A stretch of DNA of 64,000 bases, taken from contig CAXXJJ010000004.1 in assembly GCA_963667015.2 (NCBI GenBank), positions 2,048,001 through 2,112,000 of the forward strand. The letters run 5' to 3'. The notes under the pieces are model-generated. The model saw only the letters and a list, made by a program, of their open reading frames with translations, was not told the origin of the DNA and made no database searches. Made by a program: the position numbers and the translations under genes. Every line of letters begins with the position of its first letter. Position 1 is the stretch's first letter. Positions 1 to 9,795 of the stretch are shown piece by piece. This DNA comes from Desulfatiglandales bacterium. Lineage in GTDB: Bacteria > Desulfobacterota > DSM-4660 > Desulfatiglandales > HGW-15.

Positions 1-655
1 TGATAATCCATTCATTTAAGGCCTCAAGCTTGGAAATATCATCTTCTTTTTCCTTAAGTTCCGCCCTGCTCTTCCTTGCCTGTTCTGATGGAAGGCTGCT
101 TAGAAAGGCTACAATATAAAAGGCGGTAATATTTACAACTATGATATAAAAAATATTTGATGCCTGATACTGTGAGGATTGCTCCCAGCTGCTGCCAAGA
201 GGTTGGATAATGTTATAATAATGCAGGTCAAGGAGCAGCCCGTACAGGATGCTGCAGCTGCTGGCGACTATCATCCCCCCTCTTCGATATAAGATAATAC
301 TGGCATTGATGATGTTAAGTATATAAAGAAAGGAGAAGATACTACCTATTCCACCTGTTGAATATATTATGGCCGTAATAAAAAATGAATCTGCCAGCAG
401 TTGAAAATACGCCTGCTTTGTGAGATTTTTTAATGTCGTAAAAAAAAGGATGTATATAAAGGTAAGAAAATAGACCGTAGCAATAAGAAAGTAATGGGTG
501 GTCTGGATATCACCAAAATAGGTTTTTGCCTGCCTTGCCTGTATAAATACAGAAGCTCCCAGCAGTGCAGAGATAAACAGGAGCCTCAAAAGCATGAGCT
601 TTTGAAGCCTCCCGGCCAGTTCGGTCTGACTGTTTTTCAGGTCAATATCGACCAT
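1..655 (-). CDS. pilS: PilS-like membrane sensor histidine kinase, N-terminal part (runs off window start)
   Basis: Not in the ORF track. Manual minus-strand translation from ATG at 655 gives MVDIDLKNSQTELAGRLQKLMLLRLLFISALLG...YSTGGIGSIFSFLYILNIINASIIL..., with multiple TM helices and the TGG.S.FSFLY motif typical of PilS. Lies directly downstream of pilC. Confidence 0.75.
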   Translation of the reverse strand, partial: MVDIDLKNSQTELAGRLQKLMLLRLLFISALLGASVFIQARQAKTYFGDIQTTHYFLIATVYFLTFIYILFFTTLKNLTKQAYFQLLADSFFITAIIYSTGGIGSIFSFLYILNIINASIILYRRGGMIVASSCSILYGLLLDLHYYNIIQPLGSSWEQSSQYQASNIFYIIVVNITAFYIVAFLSSLPSEQARKSRAELKEKEDDISKLEALNEWII

Positions 656-664
656 CGGAAAGTA

Positions 665-1879
665 CTAAGCGCCTACTGCTCCTGCCATTGAGAAGATAGG
701 CAGGTACATTGCAACAACCAGCCCACCAATTGCACCACCAAGAAAGAGCATAAGGAGCGGTTCAAGCATCGATGTAAGCGCATCTACTGCTGCATCGACT
801 TCTTTGTCATAGAAATCGGCAATTTTCTCAAGCATCGTGTCAAGTGCGCCGGTTGCCTCACCAACAGATATCATCTGTATAACCATACCAGGAAAGACAT
901 CATTTTCAGACAAGGGTTCTGCTATGGTCTGACCTTCAGCGATACTGCCTCTTACCTCAAGAACTATCTCTTCAATAACAACATTTCCTGCTGTTTTGGC
1001 GACAATTTCCAGGGAATCAAGAATCGGCACACCGCTTGAAAGCATGGTGCCAAGGGTTCTGGTAAATCTGGCAACAGCCGTTTTTTTAAGAAGATCACCA
1101 AAAACAGGCAGTTTAAGGGCAACAGTATCTGTGGTTTTTCTGCCTCCCTTGGTATTCCTGTATTGTTTAAAAACAAATGAAAAAGCAATAATACCCAGGA
1201 TAACATAGACAATATTGCTTTTCATAAAATCACTCATATTAACGACAATTTGTGTCGGAGCAGGTAAGGCTGATCCAAAACTTGCAAACATGTCCTGGAA
1301 TACAGGGATAACAAAGATCAGAATTACGGCAATAACGATAAAAGCGATTATAACGACTACAATTGGGTATGTCATTGCGCCTTTTATTTTCGATTTTAAT
1401 TCTTCTGCTTTTTCAATAAAGGTAGCAAGACGCTGCAGAATAGTATCTAAAATACCGCCCACTTCACCTGCTGCAATAAGGTTCACAAAAAGTTCATTGA
1501 AAACCTTTGGATGCTTTTTCATTGCCTCAGCGAGTGTAGATCCACCTTCGACATCCTTTGTAATCTGTTTTAAAATCCCCTTAAAGGTGGGGTTTTCAGC
1601 CTGATCCGCCAGGATATTCAAACCCTGGACCAGTGGAAGACCGGCATCTATCATCGTTGAAAACTGCCGTGTAAAAATAACGATATCCTTATTTGTGACC
1701 TTGGGCTGCATGAAAGAAACATTTGCAAAAAGATCCTTCGGTTTTGGCTTTAATTTTAAAACCTTGAGATTCCTTTTTCTTAATTGAGCACGGGCTATCT
1801 GCTCGGTAGCAGCTTCCAATTCACCCTTGAGTTTTCTTCCTTTTTTTGTTTCCGCTACCCATACATACATTTGGGGCAT
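665..1879 (-). CDS. pilC: Type IV pilus inner-membrane platform protein PilC (T2SS F family)
   Basis: FTRQFSTMIDAGLPL, GEVGGILD, GEATGALD and AMYLPIF motifs; two T2SSF repeats. Confidence 0.93.
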   Translation of the reverse strand: MPQMYVWVAETKKGRKLKGELEAATEQIARAQLRKRNLKVLKLKPKPKDLFANVSFMQPKVTNKDIVIFTRQFSTMIDAGLPLVQGLNILADQAENPTFKGILKQITKDVEGGSTLAEAMKKHPKVFNELFVNLIAAGEVGGILDTILQRLATFIEKAEELKSKIKGAMTYPIVVVIIAFIVIAVILIFVIPVFQDMFASFGSALPAPTQIVVNMSDFMKSNIVYVILGIIAFSFVFKQYRNTKGGRKTTDTVALKLPVFGDLLKKTAVARFTRTLGTMLSSGVPILDSLEIVAKTAGNVVIEEIVLEVRGSIAEGQTIAEPLSENDVFPGMVIQMISVGEATGALDTMLEKIADFYDKEVDAAVDALTSMLEPLLMLFLGGAIGGLVVAMYLPIFSMAGAVGA

Positions 1880-2031
1880 AAAAAGATCTCCTGTTATTAT
1901 TCATCAAAAAAAGAAATAATCTGATATGGCTTAAATAAAAATTATGCAGGTTAATCTAAATTTATCTGATATTAATTAATTTTATATACCATGTCAAGTA
2001 TTCTCAATGCGTTACAGAATCTTATATAATA

Positions 2032-2058
2032 GTATCGTCATTCCGGTTTGAATACTTA
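2032..2058 (-). promoter_or_regulatory. Putative sigma28 (FliA)-type promoter upstream of pilC
   Basis: Minus strand reads TAAG-N15-GACGATAC, resembling TAAA-N15-GCCGATAA. Confidence 0.45.
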
Positions 2059-2146
2059 AAATTTAATCTTGACAAACTTATTTTAAAAAGTTTTATACTT
2101 AATAAATTTTATTTTTTTAATAAACTAAGTTAATGGAGGATCTATT

Positions 2147-2359
2147 GTGAGTGAAATAACCGCACCCATGGGAGGAAAAGTTTTAGAGATAAAAGTCAAA
2201 CCCGGAGATTCTGTGAGTGAAGACGATGAGGTATTGATCCTTGAAGCAATGAAGATGGAATTACCTGTTGTTGCTCCTGCTTCAGGAACCGTAAAAGAAG
2301 TAAAATGCAGTAATGGTGATACCGTTGAGGCAGATGCCGTTCTGATTACACTGGAATAA
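2147..2359 (+). CDS. Stand-alone biotin carboxyl carrier protein
   Basis: 70 aa with the EAMKM biotinylation motif; GGAGG SD before the GTG start. Confidence 0.9.
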   Translation: MSEITAPMGGKVLEIKVKPGDSVSEDDEVLILEAMKMELPVVAPASGTVKEVKCSNGDTVEADAVLITLE

Positions 2360-2388
2360 CAGAGTAAGCTCAGGCAGACGATTTCTAT

Positions 2389-2430
2389 AAAAAAAGAGCG
2401 CTATCCATTAAGGATAAGCGCTCTTTTTTT
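2389..2430. terminator. Bidirectional intrinsic terminator
   Basis: A-tract, GAGCGCT..ATCC/GGAT..AGCGCTC stem and T-tract between convergent genes. Confidence 0.8.
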
Positions 2431-2457
2431 CTGATTATTTAAATACAGATAATATCT

Positions 2458-2916
2458 TTAGGCTTTTTTGGCTTCAGCCTTATTTACTGAAGAAGAAATA
2501 ATAGCTCCTGATACCTTCATTCCTATATACAATACTAATAACACTACAAATACAGCTATATACCGAAGAATCAGAGTACCCATTATCCAGGTCCAACTGT
2601 CCTTTGAAATAACTACCGTTATTCCCTCTGCAGTCGGTTCTTTTGAAATGATGATTGAATGCCAGTCCATACTCCCATCATCTTCAATGTAGGTTTCTTC
2701 TTCCCAATCCCGATACTTGATATTCTCAAAAGTGCTCAGTTTTTCTTGATAAAAAGCAATAACTTCATCATAGGAAAGGGGAGTTGTATAGGTAAACCTG
2801 CTGTCATCCTTGTTTACAGTCTGAGAATCCGGAACCACAGGGGCACCAAGAAAATCCTCTGCGAATGAAACAGCCGGCAGCAATATAAATAATAATACAA
2901 TAATATATTTTTTCAT
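2458..2916 (-). CDS. Exported-domain protein with C-terminal OadG/GcdD-like membrane anchor (putative Na+-decarboxylase small subunit)
   Basis: N-terminal signal peptide (…AVSFA); C-terminal TM segment YIAVFVVLLVLYIGM resembles the OadG VFxVLxxL pattern; directly downstream of the beta subunit gene. Confidence 0.5.
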   Translation of the reverse strand: MKKYIIVLLFILLPAVSFAEDFLGAPVVPDSQTVNKDDSRFTYTTPLSYDEVIAFYQEKLSTFENIKYRDWEEETYIEDDGSMDWHSIIISKEPTAEGITVVISKDSWTWIMGTLILRYIAVFVVLLVLYIGMKVSGAIISSSVNKAEAKKA

Positions 2917-2946
2917 TTTTTCACCTTTTCTTACAATAAGTATTTT

Positions 2947-4092
2947 TTAGTCAAACATAGCTATGAACATGCCTGCGGCTGCCGCAGATCCTATTACACC
3001 GGCAAGATTGGGGCCTACTGCATGCATTAACAGAAAGTTTGTTTTATCGTACTTCATACCTTCCATCTGAGAGACACGGGCTGCCATCGGAACAGCTGAT
3101 ACACCTGCCGAACCAATAAGAGGATTTAATTTATCCTTCAGGAACAGGTTCATAATCTTTACTGTAACAATTCCACCAACAGTACACACGGCAAAATCAA
3201 TTAGACCAAGGCCAAATATAAACAATGGTTTCCAACTCAAAAATTTATCTGCATGCATGGTAGCCCCAACAGAAACTCCCAGGAAAATGGTCATTATATT
3301 CATCAGTGAGTTCTGTGCAGTATCTGAAAGCCTTGCAACAACACCGCTCTCTTTCATAAGATTACCCAGCATGAACATTCCCATCAAAGGAATAACAGCA
3401 GGCACGAGGAGTGCGATAATTCCGCATGTAACAAGGGGGAAAAGTATTTTTTCCTGCCTTGAAACTACCCTCAGTTGTTTCATTTTTATTTTCCGCTCTT
3501 TGTTATTTGTCATGAGCTTCATAATGATAGGCTGAATAAGGGGAACCATCGCCATGTAAGAATAGGCCGCAAGGGCATTTGCCCCCAGTAGCTGAGGAGC
3601 AAGATGCTGGGTAAGGTAGATTGTTGTTGGACCGTCAGCCCCACCTATAATACTTACTGATGCGGCTTCTTTAAGTGTAAAACCGGCCAGTACGGTACCT
3701 GTGAATGTTACAAATACACCAAGCTGGGCACCTGCACCAACAATAAGAGTTTTAGGATTGGCAATCAGCGGGCCAAAGTCCGTCATTGCACCAAGGCCTA
3801 AAAAGATTATACAGGGTATTACTTCCCATTGAAGACCATAATGATAAAAAACCTCCAGAAGATAGGGATGTCCTTCGGCTGTGTAACCCATCATTGGCAC
3901 AAGCGGAAAATTTACAACAAATATCCCGAATCCTATTGGAAGCAGAAGAAGCGGCTCATATTTTTTTGCAATAGCAAGATACATGAAAAGTGAGCCGATT
4001 GCCCACATGATAATAACGTTAAACTGAAAATTGAAGACCCCCGTTGTATGGAGGATTCCTCTTAGCAAATCTAAAATTTCATTGGCACTCAT
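2947..4092 (-). CDS. Sodium ion-translocating decarboxylase beta subunit (OadB/GcdB/MmdB family)
   Basis: EPLLLLPIGFG, GAMTDFGPL, IIGGADGPT, GVSAVPMAAR and GPNLAGVIGS motifs. Confidence 0.93.
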   Translation of the reverse strand: MSANEILDLLRGILHTTGVFNFQFNVIIMWAIGSLFMYLAIAKKYEPLLLLPIGFGIFVVNFPLVPMMGYTAEGHPYLLEVFYHYGLQWEVIPCIIFLGLGAMTDFGPLIANPKTLIVGAGAQLGVFVTFTGTVLAGFTLKEAASVSIIGGADGPTTIYLTQHLAPQLLGANALAAYSYMAMVPLIQPIIMKLMTNNKERKIKMKQLRVVSRQEKILFPLVTCGIIALLVPAVIPLMGMFMLGNLMKESGVVARLSDTAQNSLMNIMTIFLGVSVGATMHADKFLSWKPLFIFGLGLIDFAVCTVGGIVTVKIMNLFLKDKLNPLIGSAGVSAVPMAARVSQMEGMKYDKTNFLLMHAVGPNLAGVIGSAAAAGMFIAMFD

Positions 4093-4188
4093 ATATAAAC
4101 TCCTAGATACAATTATATTAAATTAAGTTATATTAATTTCCCCTTATAATTCTGGAATAATAAAATATTTTATATTACAAAAATGACT

Positions 4189-4206
4189 TTGTGTTTTTTT
4201 TCACAA
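4189..4206. promoter_or_regulatory. Rex-like operator
   Basis: TTGTGTTTTTTTTCACAA versus consensus TTGTGAANNNNTTCACAA (2 mismatches). Confidence 0.45.
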
Positions 4207-4444
4207 ATTTTAAATAATATTAAAGATAGATCAAAAATGCCCAAGAATCAATAATTCTTTTACACAAAATATTTACATATAGTTATTATCGGATAAACAG
4301 TCTTGACAGATAACCATATTCTTATTAAATGCTTCAACTGGCATTGTAAAAAAGTATTTTAAAATAGATAATGCCAAGATATTGCAGGATGTGTAAGCAC
4401 CTGAAGAATCATATATTTATTATCGAAAAACAGGAGAGAAAACA

Positions 4445-6466
4445 ATGTCAAACGAGACCTTCTCGAAAAACAGTGAAATCGATTTAAAATGCATAAATAC
4501 AATCAGAACCCTTGCTATGGATGCTATACAAAAAGCCAACTCCGGCCATCCAGGCGCTCCCATGGGACTTGCGAGCGCTGCCTATGTCCTTTGGACCGGC
4601 ATTATGGAACATAATCCAACAAATCCTGATTGGTACAACAGAGACAGGTTCGTTCTATCAGGGGGTCACGCATCAATGCTTCTATACAGCCTTCTTCACC
4701 TCACAGGCTATGATCTTTCGCTTGATGATATAAAAAACTTTCGTCAATGGGGCAGTAAAACACCCGGGCATCCTGAATTCGGCCACACTCCGGGAGTCGA
4801 AACAACGACAGGGCCACTTGGCCAGGGTTTTACAAATGCCGTGGGAATGGCCCTTGCAGAAAGACATCTTGCATCTATTTATAACCGTCCCGGTTTTAAT
4901 ATAGTTGATCACTTTACATATGTGATGTGCGGAGACGGCGATTTAATGGAAGGTATAACGTCAGAAGCCGCCTCCTTTGCAGGACATATGGGACTTTCAA
5001 AATTAATATGTCTTTATGATGATAACGGTATCAGCATTGAAGGTAAAACAGACATTACCTTTACGGAAAATGTAGCAATGAGATTTGAGGCCTATAACTG
5101 GCATGTACAGGAAGTTTCGGATGGCAATGATTTACAGGCTATTTTTAATGCAATAACCAATGCAAAAAAAGAAAATGATAAGCCCTCAATCATCCTCTTA
5201 AAAACCCATATAGCATATGGAAGCCCAAATAAACAGGATACATCTGACGCCCATGGTGCACCTCTGGGTGAAGAGGAGGTTAAACTTACCAAGAAAAACC
5301 TTGGCTGCGATAACCTTGACGATTTTTGTATTATTGATGAAGTATCAGCTCATTTCAGCAAATGTATTGAAAGAGGAAAGGAAGCTGAATCATCATGGGA
5401 TAATACATACATTTCATACGGTAAAGAGTATCCCCATATCGCAGAAACCTTTTCAAAAGCTATGGCGAATAAAATTGATAGCGACTGGGAAGAGAATCTG
5501 CCTGATTTTACAGATTCCACCAGTGCAGTTGCAACAAGATCAGCTTCAGGCAAGGTACTCAATGCAATAGCAGAAAAGGTTCAGAATATTATAGGAGGTT
5601 CGGCAGACCTGGCACCATCAAATAACACTATCATAAATTCTTCCCATGATTGTCAGAAGGGAGCCTATGACGGCCGCAATATCAGGTTTGGTGTCAGGGA
5701 ACATGCCATGGGCGGCATTCTTACAGGGATGGCTCTCCACAAGGGGCTTATTCCTTATGGCGGCACTTTTCTTGTCTTCGCCGATTATATGAGGCCATCA
5801 ATAAGACTGGCAGCACTGATGAAACAGCCTGTCAAGTATGTATTTACTCATGACAGTATTGCTGTTGGAGAGGATGGCCCCACTCATCAGCCTGTTGAAC
5901 ACGTTGCAGGACTGAGATCTATTCCGGGCCTTATAGTTATACGTCCATGTGACGCAACAGAAACAGTCGAGGCATGGAAACTGGCTGTAAAAACAATAGA
6001 CAGACCTGTTGCCCTGATATTGAGCAGGCAGAAACTGCCTGTAATAGACAGGAATAAATTTGGCAAGGCCGACGGACTTTTAAAAGGAGCATATATAATT
6101 GCTGATTCTGACGGCACTCCGGATCTTATTATCATTGCAACCGGTTCAGAGGTATCTATATCTCTTGATGCCAGGAAAAGACTTATCGAGAAAGGTATCA
6201 GGACACGGGTAGTAAGTATGCCAAGCAAAGAACTTTTCAATGAATGCACGCAGGATTACAAAGATGCTATCCTTTCACCTGAAGTAAAAAACAGAATAAT
6301 AGTAGAAGCAGGCATCACAATGGGATGGGAAGGATATGCCGGAGAAAAGGGAATAATAATAGGCATAGACAAGTATGGAAGCTCTGCTCCGGGCGGAACA
6401 GTATTGAAAAACTACGGATTTACTGCTGACAATATTGTTGAAAAGGCTATGAAGCTGGTTAGTTAA
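4445..6466 (+). CDS. tkt: Transketolase
   Basis: [25 protein letters not shown] (TPP binding) and GEDGPTHQP motifs. Confidence 0.97.
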   Translation: MSNETFSKNSEIDLKCINTIRTLAMDAIQKANSGHPGAPMGLASAAYVLWTGIMEHNPTNPDWYNRDRFVLSGGHASMLLYSLLHLTGYDLSLDDIKNFRQWGSKTPGHPEFGHTPGVETTTGPLGQGFTNAVGMALAERHLASIYNRPGFNIVDHFTYVMCGDGDLMEGITSEAASFAGHMGLSKLICLYDDNGISIEGKTDITFTENVAMRFEAYNWHVQEVSDGNDLQAIFNAITNAKKENDKPSIILLKTHIAYGSPNKQDTSDAHGAPLGEEEVKLTKKNLGCDNLDDFCIIDEVSAHFSKCIERGKEAESSWDNTYISYGKEYPHIAETFSKAMANKIDSDWEENLPDFTDSTSAVATRSASGKVLNAIAEKVQNIIGGSADLAPSNNTIINSSHDCQKGAYDGRNIRFGVREHAMGGILTGMALHKGLIPYGGTFLVFADYMRPSIRLAALMKQPVKYVFTHDSIAVGEDGPTHQPVEHVAGLRSIPGLIVIRPCDATETVEAWKLAVKTIDRPVALILSRQKLPVIDRNKFGKADGLLKGAYIIADSDGTPDLIIIATGSEVSISLDARKRLIEKGIRTRVVSMPSKELFNECTQDYKDAILSPEVKNRIIVEAGITMGWEGYAGEKGIIIGIDKYGSSAPGGTVLKNYGFTADNIVEKAMKLVS

Positions 6467-6516
6467 AACCAAGGTTTATGGTTTAAGGTATCCGGTTAAT
6501 TCTTTAAAACAAAATC

Positions 6517-6547
6517 AAAAGCCCTGTCCTAAAGACAGGGCTTTTTT
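6517..6547. terminator. Intrinsic terminator after tkt
   Basis: AAAAGCCCTGTC-ctaaa-GACAGGGCTTTTTT. Confidence 0.85.
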
Positions 6548-6592
6548 ATATCCCATTGGGATTTCAGATTTTCCTATCAGCCTGCAGCCTTT

Positions 6593-6640
6593 ACCCTGTT
6601 AAATCAGCAAAGCGGGTTGCGAAACAACATTTAACAGGGT
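6593..6640. repeat. Short palindromic intergenic element
   Basis: 12-bp perfect arms ACCCTGTTAAAT…ATTTAACAGGGT, embedded in CAGCCT-type heptamer repeats. Confidence 0.55.
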
Positions 6641-6660
6641 GAAAAGCTTCAGCCTGTTTT

Positions 6661-7116
6661 TTACTTTGACTTAACAACGAGAACCGCTGCCCCTTCCAGG
6701 GCTCTGATAACCTTAACACTTATATCACCCATAACAAATTCTTCAGCCTTTGACATTTTTTTCCGTCCGATAATAACCATGCTGGATTTTCGCTTGTTAG
6801 CCTGATCTATTATACCGTCGGCGATAGTCTCATACTGTTTGTTAACAAGTTCCATTTCTATCTTTTCGGGTAAAAAGCCGCTCTCAACAAGTTTATCCCT
6901 GGCGTTTTCAAGTATTTTTGTCAGCCTTGCAGGTTGATCGGCCGTAAATTTTTTCCCCATCAATACTTCACTGGATGAGGGTTTTCTAAAGAAATGCAGC
7001 AGAGAAATGGTCCATGTTTCAGGACACAGAGACATATGCGCTAAAAAATCAACTACTGCTCGCGAACTGACAGAGTCGTTTATTGCAACAAGTATTGAAT
7101 TATTTTGAGTTTCCAA
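6661..7116 (-). CDS. Universal stress protein (USP) family
   Basis: ILVAIND-S-SS N-terminus and IIGRK…MGDISVKVI C-terminal USP pattern. Start revised to TTG at 7116, which follows a GGGAGG SD. Confidence 0.85.
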   Translation of the reverse strand: METQNNSILVAINDSVSSRAVVDFLAHMSLCPETWTISLLHFFRKPSSSEVLMGKKFTADQPARLTKILENARDKLVESGFLPEKIEMELVNKQYETIADGIIDQANKRKSSMVIIGRKKMSKAEEFVMGDISVKVIRALEGAAVLVVKSK

Positions 7117-7127
7117 GCTGGCCTCCC

Positions 7128-8042
7128 CTATGCACCGACAAAAGAGTACAGACAACGGTACAAATCTTCTATGATTTCATCGGTACTTTCATAAAACACC
7201 TCTGCTCCCCTGGAAAAATGAGTAAGCATATTATTTAAAGGAACAGGTATGTATTTATAAAATTTTCTAAGATTCATGAGCCGCCGTTTATTGAATATTG
7301 AGAAATCACTGTCATCAATTCTATTTATAAGATCACCGTATTTTTCAGTGTTGTTTTTTATCATGTCCAGATTATGAAAGCCTTTACCGACGGCATTCAG
7401 CAGGACATTCCCCATCCCGAATATATCAAGACTGAAGGGATTTTCAGGGCTGCTGTAGTCATAGTCAAAGTCTATCCATACATAGTTGCCCGTGTCTTCC
7501 TCCACTATAATATGATCATTTCGTATGTCTCCATGCTTATATCCGTTAATATGTAGAAAACGTATTGCCTCAAATGCCTTTGCAACCTGCCTCAGTATAT
7601 ACGGCAGCACTCCGAAAAAATATTCCTCATGCTCAATTTCATTCATTGATCCGATATATACAAAAAAATTAGGCCCCTTCACCGGGGTTATTATCCTCAT
7701 ATTATTTTCTTTTGAGTCGCGATGAACAGTACCATGCATAAAACCCGGATGCTCGGTTACAAGCTCTAATATCTCTCCTTCCTTATCAGGATTCCTGAAG
7801 CATGTTATAGGCACTCCACCCATCTTTGTTTCAAAAGATTCAAAAAATGAAAGTTTAATGATTTTCTTTTCACCTGTTTCCAGGTCAATTGCCCTCTTCA
7901 CCCAGAACTTGGGATCGTCAACACCAAACCTTCGTTCACGCTCATGACCTGTTATTTTGTATTTTCTATCATCAGCAATAATAATATCCCCATAATCGAT
8001 GGAGAAAAAATTAGTAGTATCTGTAATGATCCTTTCGTTCAT
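7128..8042 (-). CDS. Atypical Ser/Thr protein kinase-like protein
   Basis: HGDIRNDHII catalytic-loop variant, WIDFD (DFG variant) and LDIFGMG subdomain IX. Confidence 0.75.
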   Translation of the reverse strand: MNERIITDTTNFFSIDYGDIIIADDRKYKITGHERERRFGVDDPKFWVKRAIDLETGEKKIIKLSFFESFETKMGGVPITCFRNPDKEGEILELVTEHPGFMHGTVHRDSKENNMRIITPVKGPNFFVYIGSMNEIEHEEYFFGVLPYILRQVAKAFEAIRFLHINGYKHGDIRNDHIIVEEDTGNYVWIDFDYDYSSPENPFSLDIFGMGNVLLNAVGKGFHNLDMIKNNTEKYGDLINRIDDSDFSIFNKRRLMNLRKFYKYIPVPLNNMLTHFSRGAEVFYESTDEIIEDLYRCLYSFVGA

Positions 8043-8046
8043 ATTC

Positions 8047-8616
8047 CTATATCATGCTCTTGAGCGTTCTAGCAGGCAGGCTTTCTACTGCTGTATATAC
8101 CTTTTCAAGAAAATTTTTAAGGCCATAGTACTCGATTACAAGCCCCAGATGTTCAGCAAGGATCTTTAAAGCATCAATATCTTCTTCATTATATTTTTTC
8201 ATTTCACTGTTATATATCCTGATAACCCCTATTGACTCCTCCAGAAATAAAATAGGGATTGAAAGCATTGAAATAAGTCCTTCTTTTTTTGCAGCTTCAG
8301 GATAATGAACGCGGTTATCGGTGCCGAGATCTTCAATAAACATTGGTTCTCCTTTAACAAAGGCACAATATTTTTTATCCACAAGAAGAGGTCCTTTTGA
8401 AAGATATTCATCGCTGATTCCAAAACTGCTAACGGTAAAAAGCTGATTTTCAGTTTCATCAAAAAGCATTATAGAACAACCTTTTGCCTCAAATGTTCTG
8501 GTTGTGCCTTCTACAAGGTGATTAAGCAGAAGGTTCAAATCACCATAGGTAGACATAGCATGGCTGATAGCCTTAAATTCCTTCAAATAGAATTTTCTAA
8601 CAGGCTCTTTACTCAT
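8047..8616 (-). CDS. Stand-alone GAF domain protein
   Basis: AKGCSIMLFDE…SMLSIPI…IGVIRIY…EDIDALKILAE GAF pattern. Confidence 0.85.
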   Translation of the reverse strand: MSKEPVRKFYLKEFKAISHAMSTYGDLNLLLNHLVEGTTRTFEAKGCSIMLFDETENQLFTVSSFGISDEYLSKGPLLVDKKYCAFVKGEPMFIEDLGTDNRVHYPEAAKKEGLISMLSIPILFLEESIGVIRIYNSEMKKYNEEDIDALKILAEHLGLVIEYYGLKNFLEKVYTAVESLPARTLKSMI

Positions 8617-8828
8617 TCTGTCATCTCCTTTGTCTGCGGATTTATGTGAGTTAAAGTATATACAAACTGCTCGACTATATTCAGTATATTAAAATAACTA
8701 AGTATATCATATAACAGCTTTCCATATGAAATAAATTATTGACCTGACTGTTTAAAGATTTTATAAAAACCTGATTCAACATCAGGGCAGTCGCCCCTGA
8801 AATTTAAAAAGGTTTCTCTATTAAAGGA

Positions 8829-9605
8829 ATGGCTGAGATCTACATAGGGACATCAGGATATTACTATGAAGAGTGGAAAGGTCATTTCTATCCTCAAAAT
8901 CTCAACAAAAAAGACTTCCTCAAATATTACTCCGGGCATTTTAACATCCTGGAATTAAATTTCACATACTACAGGCTACCTGATGAGCATCAGATAAAAA
9001 AAATGATGGAAAAAACAGGCGACATATTCAGATTTGTAGTAAAGGCCTACAGAGGGATTACCCATGAGTTTACAGAAGAATCAATAAAGACAATACTTCC
9101 CAGATTCCTTAACGGGATAATGCCGCTGTATGAAAAAGAACGACTTGGGACTCTTCTTTTCCAGTTCCCTCAGAGTTTCCATTATGTTCCCCGTAATCGA
9201 ATCTACCTGAATGAACTGCTAAAAGCATCTCATCCATTTCCGGTATCAGTTGAATTCCGGAACAGAGACTGGCTGAAGGAAACTGTCTATACCGGGCTCA
9301 GTGAGCTATCGGCCGGTTTAGTATGTGTTGACGAACCTGACCTGCCTGACCTGCTACCATCTGATGTCCGTGTAACATCAGACATCGGCTATATAAGATT
9401 CCACGGACGGAATAAAAAAAACTGGTATGGAACCGACTCAACATCCAGATATGATTATCTGTACAGCGAGAAAGAGTTGAAGGAATGGCTGCCACGTATA
9501 AAGGATATCTCTGACCGGACAGAAAAACTTTTTATTTTTTTTAATAATCATGCAAAATCCCAGGCAGTAACAAATGCAAGAATGCTTATTAACCTGATAA
9601 AATGA
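8829..9605 (+). CDS. DUF72 (YecE-like) domain protein
   Basis: IGTSG…W.G.FYP, ELNFTYY, LFQFP, VEFR and YIRFHGR motifs. Confidence 0.88.
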   Translation: MAEIYIGTSGYYYEEWKGHFYPQNLNKKDFLKYYSGHFNILELNFTYYRLPDEHQIKKMMEKTGDIFRFVVKAYRGITHEFTEESIKTILPRFLNGIMPLYEKERLGTLLFQFPQSFHYVPRNRIYLNELLKASHPFPVSVEFRNRDWLKETVYTGLSELSAGLVCVDEPDLPDLLPSDVRVTSDIGYIRFHGRNKKNWYGTDSTSRYDYLYSEKELKEWLPRIKDISDRTEKLFIFFNNHAKSQAVTNARMLINLIK

Positions 9606-9795
9606 TGATTCCAGCAGAAAGTTCCTCAGATTTTTATCAATGATATTTACCTGGTTCAAACCAAATGGAAAACCAGTTTTATATTGACATGAGCCGCTTA
9701 TGTACCCTATGAAAGGGCGTGTTTTCCGATAAGTACCTTGCAGGCATAATGAAACATGCTTAAAACATTGGGTAAATTGGGAAGTATTTTAACTG

